From a virus (Duplodnaviria > Caudoviricetes), in IMG/VR virus record IMGVR_UViG_3300037461_000646, positions 25,208 to 89,207 of that record: a DNA stretch of 64,000 nucleotides; one strand, 5' to 3'. Below, piece after piece: positions 47,628-56,130 of the stretch. The notes under the pieces were generated by a model. The model worked only from the letters and a program-made list of their open reading frames with translations. It was not told where the DNA came from and ran no database searches. Position numbers and translations under genes: made by a program. Positions within the stretch are counted from its first letter, which is position 1, and each line of letters starts with the position of its first letter.

Positions 47628-47866
47628 CACTCCACCTTCAGCGCCGCGAGAGCGGCCTTGAGTGCGTCTAACGCATCGCACTCATCCGTGTATAGTCGAT
47701 CTACGTCAAAACTTTGCTTACACACCATTCCAGCCGCCTCCACCAGCCGCTCAACGTCTGCGGCGGGGTAGGTCTTTTCGTATTTAATTTTCTTTCCGTG
47801 TACTGGACAATTAAGAGTCACATTATCTCCGCTACCACAACACCCACACTCGTAGTTTACGATCAT
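47627..47866 (-). CDS. Hypothetical protein
   Basis: GGAGG RBS; CGCC...CPVH. Confidence 0.55.
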   Translation of the reverse strand: MIVNYECGCCGSGDNVTLNCPVHGKKIKYEKTYPAADVERLVEAAGMVCKQSFDVDRLYTDECDALDALKAALAALKVE

Positions 47867-47884
47867 GCCCCACCTCCCCTTAAT

Positions 47885-48097
47885 TTAAGCGTCTAAAGAG
47901 TTCTCGCTGCCGCCGGGACGAGTTGACCAGCAACCACATGGATGCTGATAGTATCCGCGCTGCTGAGTCCAGGTGAATAACGTTTCTCCATTGTCGAACG
48001 TAGGAGGTTCAACCATGAAGCGGCAACAGGTTCCATCTCCTATTTCATGGGGTGTTTTTTCTTCCGTGCCACACCAGCATCTATGATCATGATTCAT
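47885..48097 (-). CDS. Hypothetical protein
   Basis: ATGA-coupled to upstream ORF. Confidence 0.55.
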   Translation of the reverse strand: MNHDHRCWCGTEEKTPHEIGDGTCCRFMVEPPTFDNGETLFTWTQQRGYYQHPCGCWSTRPGGSENSLDA

Positions 48098-48492
48098 GCC
48101 CCACCTCCCAGCACCTTGTCTGCAATCTCACGCGCACGGTCTATGTTGGGTTCCGCGAGCCTTAGCGCATCCTTTAGCCGCTGGTTATCGGCGCGGAGTT
48201 CAAACACTTTCACATGAGCCGCTATTCCACCGGACGACTCAAACCAGTTTACACGCTCTTCAAGGGCATCCCGCTCGGCGCGGAGGGTGGATAACTCGGC
48301 CTCGGCTTTTACGGCACGGCATGATGCGCAATTATTTTGAGCGAGTATCGCGGGCTTTGAATGTTTTGGGCATGGTGAATCAGAGAAGCCCCATTCGTCA
48401 TATAGTTTTTTGATCCGGTCAAGCTCGGCCTCCAGCTCCTTGACGCGCTGCCTTAATGTCAAAATTTCCTCTCTTGCGTAGTCTACCATCAC
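48094..48492 (-). CDS. Coiled-coil hypothetical protein
   Basis: Heptad-rich; coupled on both sides. Confidence 0.6.
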   Translation of the reverse strand: MMVDYAREEILTLRQRVKELEAELDRIKKLYDEWGFSDSPCPKHSKPAILAQNNCASCRAVKAEAELSTLRAERDALEERVNWFESSGGIAAHVKVFELRADNQRLKDALRLAEPNIDRAREIADKVLGGGA

Positions 48493-49229
48493 GCCCTCCT
48501 ATTGTTCGTTTGCAGTCTGTACATACCCAGCCCGACCATGCCGATCATCATCATGAGCCATGTGGCGGGTTCAGGCACCGGGGTCGCCGTGGTGTCGCCA
48601 AACATACCTATGCTTCTGGGTGACACCCCTGCCCACATAGAGCCGATATCCAAGTCTGACAGCATTCGGCGCTCGTTCAGCCGCACCCCCTGCATGACGG
48701 CCCAGTTGTAATCGACCAGATGGGCAATGCCAAACGCATGACCGATCTCATGCAAGGCAATGGTGTACAAATCAAGCGTCATCAACTCGTAGGGCATACC
48801 ACCGGCCAGCGTGTAATCATTAATCTCCCACCACCGACCGACATTTAACTCCCCCTCAAAGGCTTCATGGTACTCGGTGTACTCTGAAGCCTCATGGGGG
48901 GTGCCATCTAAAAACAACAGATTGGGGTAGCTGGTCTGAAACAGAATCTGCCCAACTGTCTCAATACCATCCACAGTCGCCAACGTCTGATGAATGCCCA
49001 GAGCCTGAATCGAAGAACTGTAACCGTACCGCAGGGTCAACTCCGATGCCGATTGCGGTGCAGCACTCATCCATGCCGATGCTGCCGCAATCATAATAGA
49101 ATGAATGTTGCCGTCACCGACCACGGCTGACGAAGGTGTTTCAACTCCACCGAGCCACTCCAGATTAATCGTCAGACCGTAGACCGGCACCCACACCAAC
49201 AAAATCAATAAAACTATCAGCTTTTTCAT
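48489..49229 (-). CDS. Secreted matrixin-like (M10 metzincin) metalloprotease with PEP-CTERM sorting signal
   Basis: Signal peptide MKKLIVLLILLVWVPVYG; HEIGHAFGIAH plus AVM Met-turn; VPEPATWLMMMIGMVGLGMYR..RR. Confidence 0.88.
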   Translation of the reverse strand: MKKLIVLLILLVWVPVYGLTINLEWLGGVETPSSAVVGDGNIHSIMIAAASAWMSAAPQSASELTLRYGYSSSIQALGIHQTLATVDGIETVGQILFQTSYPNLLFLDGTPHEASEYTEYHEAFEGELNVGRWWEINDYTLAGGMPYELMTLDLYTIALHEIGHAFGIAHLVDYNWAVMQGVRLNERRMLSDLDIGSMWAGVSPRSIGMFGDTTATPVPEPATWLMMMIGMVGLGMYRLQTNNRRA

Positions 49230-49281
49230 GACACAAACCCTCCTTCACCATTAAGGTAGATTGAGAAGCCCATTCACCTTC

Positions 49282-49310
49282 ATTTTATGCACAACCAGAT
49301 CACCTGTCAA
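49282..49310 (-). promoter_or_regulatory. Sigma70 promoter for the PEP-CTERM protease operon
   Basis: TTGACA-N17-TAAAAT, ~50 bp upstream of the AAGGAGG RBS. Confidence 0.8.
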
Positions 49311-50405
49311 TGCTATTATTTTTACCAATCAGAACCCTAAGCAAAGTCCGAAGGGGGGCCACTACTTAAATAAAGCCAAGGGGGTATCCAAAATAAAAAA
49401 GATATTAGCTTTCACCAACCAATTCACCTCCGTATATTTACACTCCAAAAGATATTAGTTTTTTCGTTCATACCAGCAATAGGCCATAGATCGTTCTGGC
49501 ACATATAATAAGGTAGGCCAAGACTGATGTGTTCTGAGTGAACTTCAGAATCATAAAAAAATTATGGTTAAGGCCCTGTGGCAGAGGCAGAGACCGGTCC
49601 CTGCAAGATAAAATGAGGCGGGTTCATTCAATGAATGTGATTCAGATAGTTAATGAATGATAATCATTGAATAAAATTATAGGTGGTGACTGGGCCTCAT
49701 TCATTGATTGCGCCTGATAATACTTATTATGTAAACAATCATTGAATGTGATTCAGATAGTGGGTTTAGGCACAGTCACTGAATGTGGTTCAGTCATTGT
49801 GTCCTCATTAAATAAGTTAGGCATCCATAAGTGAACTAATATCATTCATTCACTGTACCCATACCCATTCACTGATCGAGAACACATTCACTGAATAGAA
49901 ATGCAATGACTGAATGTGATTCATATACTATGCCCTTATTCATTCAATAAACCTGATTCATTGATTAAAGGCCCTTAGAATAGGTATATTCGATTCAGTC
50001 ACTGAATGTGGTTCAGGTAGTGGTTGGGTATGCAAAGATTGAATGCTGGTCATTTAATGTTGGTTTATACAGTGAATGAATATGATTCAGCTATTAGGTT
50101 TGATTCATTTATTGTTTGGGGATTCAAAGAATGAGTCTGGTTTATGATATAAATAGATAATAGTTATTGAATGTGATTCTAATCACTGAATGCTGGTTAT
50201 TTATTTGATAGGACTTTAATTAATAAATGAGCTTCAGATTATGAAGTAGAATCAGTTTATGAATGTGGTTTAGAAAATGAATTGCTATTATTTTCTGAAG
50301 AGAATTCATAAAATGAAGAACTAATATTTTTTGCTGGCACGTTTTTTGATTGAGTAGGATTCAGCAAATAAATAATAGTTATTGAATGTGGTTCATTCGG
50401 CTAAT

Positions 50406-50422
50406 AGCAAATATTATGCCAG
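50406..50422 (-). promoter_or_regulatory. Sigma54 (-24/-12) promoter-like site
   Basis: CTGGCATAATATTTGCT = GG-N10-GC consensus. Confidence 0.55.
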
Positions 50423-50609
50423 AAAAATCTCTTTGCCTTGAGCTTCTAATGCAGTCAAACGGGCATTTTAAAAAGACGCATATCATTGCATTCGGCTGGT
50501 TGTGATCTCTTTACTATGAGCATCTAATAGCTCCAATAATTTCTAACAATTTCAATGGTTTACATTCTCTAATAAATAAATTTCATTCATTAAATAAATA
50601 TTAGTTTTA

Positions 50610-50626
50610 TGGCATCACGTTTGCAT
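50610..50626 (+). promoter_or_regulatory. Sigma54 (-24/-12) promoter-like site
   Basis: TGGCATCACGTTTGCAT. Confidence 0.55.
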
Positions 50627-50704
50627 AAAAAACCATGATCCCACAGGTCCATCTTACTGAACCCCATTCATTTATTACTGGCACGTTTTTTGACTGAATG
50701 CGTC

Positions 50705-50838
50705 TACTCAAATTTTTGAGTATGACCTAAGTGATAAAAAAAATTGCCAAGGTTCAAAATTTTGAACCCCAAAATTCAAAATTTTGAACAAATTATATAG
50801 TCATTTCAATAGGTTGTAAATAGTTCAAAATCATGAAC
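50705..50838. repeat. Four related palindromes TCAAAATTTTGA
   Basis: TACTCAAATTTTTGAGTA (50705), GGTTCAAAATTTTGAACC (50751), TTCAAAATTTTGAA (50775), GTTCAAAATCATGAAC (50823). Confidence 0.8.
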
Positions 50839-50929
50839 CAAAAAACTGATATTTTATAATATTCAAATAATTGCCGTCTGTAACCATGTGAAATTACATA
50901 AGATAAAAATATTATCTGATATTATTTTA

Positions 50930-50946
50930 TGGCATGATATTAGCAT
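50930..50946 (+). promoter_or_regulatory. Sigma54-like site (one mismatch)
   Basis: TGGCATGATATTAGCAT. Confidence 0.4.
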
Positions 50947-51699
50947 ATAATATTTATGGTTTTTGTTTAGGGCGAAAGGCCGATCCCCGGCACCAAGGTT
51001 TGAAACCCTTGAAACCCCTGATCTTTGAAAACAGCTTTTTTATCACTTCAGGCGATTTTTTCGCCGTTTCATTGTTTAAAGTAGAGTGATAAATGGTCAA
51101 GCTTGCACCGTAGTTCTAAGAGTAGCTATACGGTGGCTATGCTTCACCCGGCAAGGGGCGAACCGATAGCACAGACCGAATGCCAAGTATAAGCTGACTA
51201 CTGCAAAGCTTTTTGATCTGGCCAAAAAGTAAATGGTATGCACCCGTTGAAATTTGAAACCGCAAAAAGCAGACCTAAAAAAGCAAAATTTCGGTCACAG
51301 GCGAAACCTAGGGTATAATGTGAAGAGATAAAAAAGCAAAAAAACAGCAAAGCAACAAAAAGCTTTTAAGCTTGTTTCTCTTTGCTTGCAAATTGTGACA
51401 CTAGCCAGAAGCTTTTTAATGCCTTGATATTTTTTTCTGTTTAATCGCTGCGGTTCGGGCTATCGGTTTTCATGCACTGCTAACATCTCATCTACTGTCA
51501 AAAAAAGCATAAGGCATGAATCAAAAACCCGATTAAAAGCTTGAATGAATTTTCGGCAGCAAATAGCTAAACCCCCCCTTGATGGTGTTAGCCAAGAGCA
51601 CTAAACGCATTTTGTTTAGTGCTCTGTTATTTGCATAGGGTTTTTATATGTGAATAAAAGAGCACTAAACCAAAAACCCCAAACTAGTGAGGTGATTTA

Positions 51700-51813
51700 T
51701 TGCGTAAACGCAAACGCAAAAAAACAAAATCGGCAAGGGTGCCAAAAATAAAAACAGATATGCAAAGCTTGATTTTCTGTTTATTATTTTTGGCAATTGC
51801 ATTAAACTATTAA
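51700..51813 (+). CDS. Small basic/hydrophobic peptide (37 aa)
   Basis: GAGGTG RBS, TTG start; MRKRKRKKTKSARVPKIKTDMQSLIFCLLFLAIALNY. Confidence 0.45.
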   Translation: MRKRKRKKTKSARVPKIKTDMQSLIFCLLFLAIALNY

Positions 51814-51834
51814 AATGAAAAACAGGTGATTAAA

Positions 51835-52329
51835 ATGGCTAACATTGAAAACAAAAATGACGGCAAAGGTTTAGATTTTGCTTGTAAACTGTTTGGCAAA
51901 AAGCATGATTCAAAAAACCCCCGTTGCAAAACTTGTGCATCAAAGTATGCCAATCAAAACAAAGCTTGCATTGCCGCAATTGCCGCAATTGCCAAACCGA
52001 AACCGAAAACCGAAAACGAGTCAAAACGAACCAAAGGGTATTGGGACTATGCAGTAGGCAGTTTCACCGATATTTTTTGCAATTCAATCTGTGAGAACCC
52101 TATGACTATGAATCAGGCGGCCGCTATCATCGACCCGAAAACAAAATTGCCTATTGGGCCGCACCCGAAATGCAAAAAGCGCTTAATCACCGAAAACTTG
52201 GCAGCCGAATTTGATCATAAAATTTACATGAGAGTGTACCCCAAAGGGCACCCAGAAGCAGGCAAACTTACCCCAGCCGCTAAGATGATTCGCGAGATTG
52301 AAACCAAAGCCAAAGCCAAAGCCAACTAA
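51835..52329 (+). CDS. Lys-rich hypothetical protein with N-terminal Cys cluster
   Basis: AGGTG RBS; C-x13-CxxC-x10-C; followed by hairpin 52344-52384. Confidence 0.65.
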   Translation: MANIENKNDGKGLDFACKLFGKKHDSKNPRCKTCASKYANQNKACIAAIAAIAKPKPKTENESKRTKGYWDYAVGSFTDIFCNSICENPMTMNQAAAIIDPKTKLPIGPHPKCKKRLITENLAAEFDHKIYMRVYPKGHPEAGKLTPAAKMIREIETKAKAKAN

Positions 52330-52422
52330 AAACTGTTGATTGTAGGGCATCTAATACGGCCTAGAATGCTTTTTAGGTGCCCTACCGTAAATAGTTTTTC
52401 AAACCACCATTCAAGGCAAAAA

Positions 52423-52632
52423 TGAATAGCATTCATTCACTGAATGAGATTCATTTCCTACTTGGCTATTCACTGAATATCATTCAGTCACTAAATGAGA
52501 TTCATTTACTGAATGAGGTTCTAATCAGTGAATATCATTCAGTCATTGAATGAGCCTCAGTCACTAAATGAGGTTCAGTCACTGAATAGGCTAACACTCA
52601 CTGAACCCGGTTCAGAACCTGAAGACCATTCA
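52423..52632. repeat. Phased tandem array of ~11 TGAA-N5-TTCA palindromes, 18-19 bp period
   Basis: Unit starts at 52423, 52441, 52474, 52492, 52510, 52529, 52547, 52565, 52583, 52602, 52620. Confidence 0.9.
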
Positions 52633-52668
52633 GTCCAAGCCGGGTAAACCACAAGGGAGGTATCCACC

Positions 52669-53391
52669 ATGGAGAGCACCACGTATGGAGAAAACGGCAA
52701 TGGTAATGGACTTGACAGAGACAAGGCCATGGAAACCATCATGAAGTGCCTGACTCTGGCCGCTGACCCTGGAGCCACTGAAGATGAACGGAATGTAGCT
52801 GCAAGGAAAGCCGAGCAGATTATGGCCCGGTGGCAAATTAGCACCATGGAAATGCGCGTCAAGTCTGAGCAAGGCAAGCCAAGGACCACTGCCAATGTCA
52901 AGGATCGAACCGAGCAAGCATTCGACCCTGCCGCTGATTGGGAGTTTCATCTGGCTATGGGTGTTTCAAAGACATTCAACAGCAAGGTGATAGTTTCCCA
53001 CGACCGCACCGACATGCGTTTCTTTGGATCGGCCAACGACCTGGAGATCATCGACTATTTCTTCAGCAAGCTTCGCATGGAAATCGACTCATGGGCAGAG
53101 GACGCATACCCCCGTGGGATTCGTGATCGCCGCAGCTATGCCTATGGAATGGTCTGCCGGGTCAATCAGCGCATGGATGAGCTTTACAAAGTTGTGGAGA
53201 AGATGATGCCCAACGATTGCAAGGATTTGATTCTGGTTGACAAGGCATTGGTCAGTCAACGGATTAAAGAGCTTTACCCGACTCTTGGAAAGATGAAGAG
53301 TCGTGCCGTCAGGAATGATGCGTATGCTCGTGGATTCAGCGATGGCAATTCACTGAATCTGGAAAGCAATCGCTCAAGACTTCATGGGTAA
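52669..53391 (+). CDS. DUF2786 family protein
   Basis: TIMKCLTLAADPGATEDERNVAARKAEQIMARWQI; F.G...DLEI..Y; SYAYGM; AY..G..DG. Confidence 0.8.
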   Translation: MESTTYGENGNGNGLDRDKAMETIMKCLTLAADPGATEDERNVAARKAEQIMARWQISTMEMRVKSEQGKPRTTANVKDRTEQAFDPAADWEFHLAMGVSKTFNSKVIVSHDRTDMRFFGSANDLEIIDYFFSKLRMEIDSWAEDAYPRGIRDRRSYAYGMVCRVNQRMDELYKVVEKMMPNDCKDLILVDKALVSQRIKELYPTLGKMKSRAVRNDAYARGFSDGNSLNLESNRSRLHG

Positions 53392-53535
53392 GAAATTGGG
53401 AAGGGCATGGTTTGCCATGCCCCTCTCTTAGGATTCACGAGAAATTTTTATCGAGAAATTTTCGAGAAATTTTTTTCGTGGAACCTAAGAGGGGGATTCA
53501 CCCCTCAAAACACCAAAACAAGGGAGGTACAAGCT

Positions 53536-54453
53536 ATGACACAGGAAGAGATCACCAGACTGTTGGAAGACGCGAGCCGGGTTGAGTCCATTGTCAACCG
53601 AGTCAGGGAGACCATGCCTGAAGTCGCATGGCCCAACGTCTACTCCGAAGCCCTCTGGTTCGGCAACGGAGCAGAGAATCTCATCCAGCACCACAATGGC
53701 GTGATCGTGCAGTATGGAGACGAGCCACCGTTCTGTGCGAACTTCGTCACGGAGCAATACAAGATCGTTCCCCATGAAGTCATCATGCACTATCTTATGG
53801 ATGAGGTGAACACGAATTGGGCAGGGAAGTGGGGTACGCCCGTGTTCAAGGCCGCACTGTATGACAACGGAACCAAGGCATACATGCAAGCCTCATTCCC
53901 CGAAATGACCATGGACAAGAAAGCCCTTCGCGTCGGTAAGGACATCATCGAGCCGTGGGTTGGATTCAAGAATTCGTATGACTCACAAATTCAACTCACA
54001 GGGACTGGTGGAGGCAAGGTGCTTCGGTGTTCAAACGGCATGATGGGAACCAAAACCCTCATGATGTTTCGGAAGAAGCACCGCCAAGACCTGACCATGG
54101 ATGTAATGGTTCAGAGACTAGCCGCTGCCATGCAGACCATGGAGCAAGAGCACGAGATGTGGAAGATGTGGGCGAAATTGCAGATTGAAAAGGCGCAAGC
54201 CGAGGAGATTCTGCAAGCCCTGCCGATTTCGGAAAAGCAGACCGAAAAGATTCTTGCGCTGCCCGAAACCGGAACCGGCCTTACGCTGGAAAGCATCTTC
54301 ACCTCTGGCAAGCCAGTCACGGCATGGAAGATGAACTCAATTCTCACGCAATGGTTGACCCATGAAGTCAAGGAATCAGCCGGTCGCCGTGAGCGTGAGG
54401 AAGAGTTCGCATTCGTTCTGGCTCGGAACTTCGATCACCTGAAAAAGAATTAG
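53536..54453 (+). CDS. DUF932 domain protein
   Basis: VTEQYKIVPH, NSYDSQ, G..VLRCSNGM, FRKKH; start at conserved GGGAGGTACAAGCTATG. Confidence 0.8.
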   Translation: MTQEEITRLLEDASRVESIVNRVRETMPEVAWPNVYSEALWFGNGAENLIQHHNGVIVQYGDEPPFCANFVTEQYKIVPHEVIMHYLMDEVNTNWAGKWGTPVFKAALYDNGTKAYMQASFPEMTMDKKALRVGKDIIEPWVGFKNSYDSQIQLTGTGGGKVLRCSNGMMGTKTLMMFRKKHRQDLTMDVMVQRLAAAMQTMEQEHEMWKMWAKLQIEKAQAEEILQALPISEKQTEKILALPETGTGLTLESIFTSGKPVTAWKMNSILTQWLTHEVKESAGRREREEEFAFVLARNFDHLKKN

Positions 54454-54549
54454 GACCGAGAAATTATTGATTGCTACTGCCCATGGAGAAATTCATGGGC
54501 AGAATGGAGTCAATAATGACTTCACACCACAACAAGGGAGGTACAAGCT

Positions 54550-54756
54550 ATGGAAGACAAACGACGGTACTATACCCCAACAGATGGAGAGGTTTCTCTG
54601 AGCCAGATTTACAAATGGATCAGAAAGACCGCAAAGCATGTGGACGCCCTCTTTTTCGACCCGGTTTTTGATATGCTTGAGGTTGGGATGTCGGTCGAAA
54701 TTCATTGGGTAAAAGAGGACATGCAGTACATGAAAACCGTCACGAGGACTGTATAG
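54550..54756 (+). CDS. Hypothetical early protein
   Basis: Conserved translation-initiation motif. Confidence 0.7.
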   Translation: MEDKRRYYTPTDGEVSLSQIYKWIRKTAKHVDALFFDPVFDMLEVGMSVEIHWVKEDMQYMKTVTRTV

Positions 54757-54758
54757 CC

Positions 54759-54851
54759 ATGGAAAAAGACGAGATAAAAGAAATTATTGGAGGCGTCTGT
54801 CTGCTGTTGTTTATTATTTGGTTTATCATCATATCTGGATTCTACTATTAG
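54759..54851 (+). CDS. Small membrane peptide (30 aa)
   Basis: MEKDEIKEIIGGVCLLLFIIWFIIISGFYY; starts 2 nt after the previous stop. Confidence 0.45.
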   Translation: MEKDEIKEIIGGVCLLLFIIWFIIISGFYY

Positions 54852-54858
54852 GTGCCAC

Positions 54859-54996
54859 ATGAAAAAAATAGTCGTGTTCTGGACGTTATTATTTTCTCTA
54901 TTTATAGTCGCCGGAATTTATTCATGTTGGACTGACTTCAAAGTAGTTCAATACAGAAAAGCACATTGGGACCTGTATCATTATATTGCCGAATGA
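54859..54996 (+). CDS. Small membrane peptide (45 aa)
   Basis: MKKIVVFWTLLFSLFIVAGIYSCW... Confidence 0.45.
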   Translation: MKKIVVFWTLLFSLFIVAGIYSCWTDFKVVQYRKAHWDLYHYIAE

Positions 54997-55083
54997 CTGG
55001 CCTTTGCAGTCAAGGGAAACTTTGACTGCAAACACAAGTCATTAGGACTTGGGCTAACCCACAAAACAAGGGAGGTAAATGCT

Positions 55084-55326
55084 ATGCTCACCACTATGAG
55101 GAAGTGCTTTTTCATAAGCCCCATGGGCCTGGAGGCCGTATTCGACTACTTGGACTTCTTGACCGACATATCGGGATTCAACATCGACTATGCCACCCCT
55201 CAAGGCTGTCTTCACCATGGACTGCTCAAGAACATCGCCCGATACATGGAAGACAACCCCGGCACCAAGAAGACAGGGAGCACAGTAGAACAAGTTCTCG
55301 ACTCATGGATAAAAGCACGGTCATAG
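55084..55326 (+). CDS. Hypothetical early protein
   Basis: Conserved initiation motif. Confidence 0.7.
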   Translation: MLTTMRKCFFISPMGLEAVFDYLDFLTDISGFNIDYATPQGCLHHGLLKNIARYMEDNPGTKKTGSTVEQVLDSWIKARS

Positions 55327-55439
55327 CCAAGTTTTTAAGATTGGGCATGTATAGAGAGAGAAATTCATGCCCAACATTAAGAGCTTGGACTTTGCTCTTA
55401 GTCGGCTAACACACACCACAACAAGGGAGGTAACAAGCT

Positions 55440-56027
55440 ATGGGAACTGACTATGCAGGCATTGATTATGGCAGGGGTATTTCCAACGTGTCGGAAACCG
55501 GCATTCGCTATGGAGTAATTGCTCATCACAAGGTTGGGAGTGCGTGGTATGAAGACTCGGAACCATGGTACGTCTACTCGTGCCCGGACTGCGGTGCCGA
55601 GTTCAACAACGAATGCCCGGAGAAATGCTCATGCGACCACGAATTTGAGGGCAGTGACTTCGACATGCTGGACCCCATATCGTTCTACATTGACGATGAG
55701 GAATACACTGCCCAGTGTGGAAACGACGAAGTAGACATCTTCATCACCAAGTCCCCCTACTTCACGTATGCCCAATTTTGCAGCCCCTGTGCACCGGGAG
55801 CCGGTTATCTCATGAGCCCTTTTGTCAACAAATGGGAAAATAGTGGCACCGGGCAGTCTGGCATCATGAAGCCTGAAGAGTACCCGGAAGATTACAAAAC
55901 GAAAGCAGAGAATGCGGGCTTCCCCAAAGTGTATTGCTTTGGGCACGACTGGTTTGAGGAAGGTAAAGCCCCTTACCCGGTCTTCAGTGTGGAAACCGGC
56001 GAAATTGTACTGCCCAAGGAAGAGTAA
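55440..56027 (+). CDS. Hypothetical early protein with zinc ribbon
   Basis: Conserved initiation motif; CPDC...CPEKC. Confidence 0.75.
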   Translation: MGTDYAGIDYGRGISNVSETGIRYGVIAHHKVGSAWYEDSEPWYVYSCPDCGAEFNNECPEKCSCDHEFEGSDFDMLDPISFYIDDEEYTAQCGNDEVDIFITKSPYFTYAQFCSPCAPGAGYLMSPFVNKWENSGTGQSGIMKPEEYPEDYKTKAENAGFPKVYCFGHDWFEEGKAPYPVFSVETGEIVLPKEE

Positions 56028-56130
56028 AGGTTTGAACCTGTCCACGAGAAATTTTCATGTCGTGGACAGACTTGAAACTTTTACCCCTTCATAAGAGGGG
56101 GATAACACCAACACAAGGGAGGTACATGCT

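Larger units (their letters stand above)
49632..50670. repeat. Dispersed cluster of 13-bp palindromes TGAAT-N3-ATTCA
   Basis: Copies at 49632, 49654, 49743, 49780, 49911, 50003, 50040, 50077, 50168, 50260, 50296, 50351, 50383, 50658; 21-bp direct repeat CAGTCACTGAATGTGGTTCAG present twice. Confidence 0.85.

Noticed and set aside
52423-52632. CRISPR array
   Set aside because: Units are 18 bp with only ~5-bp linkers, no unique spacers and no cas genes
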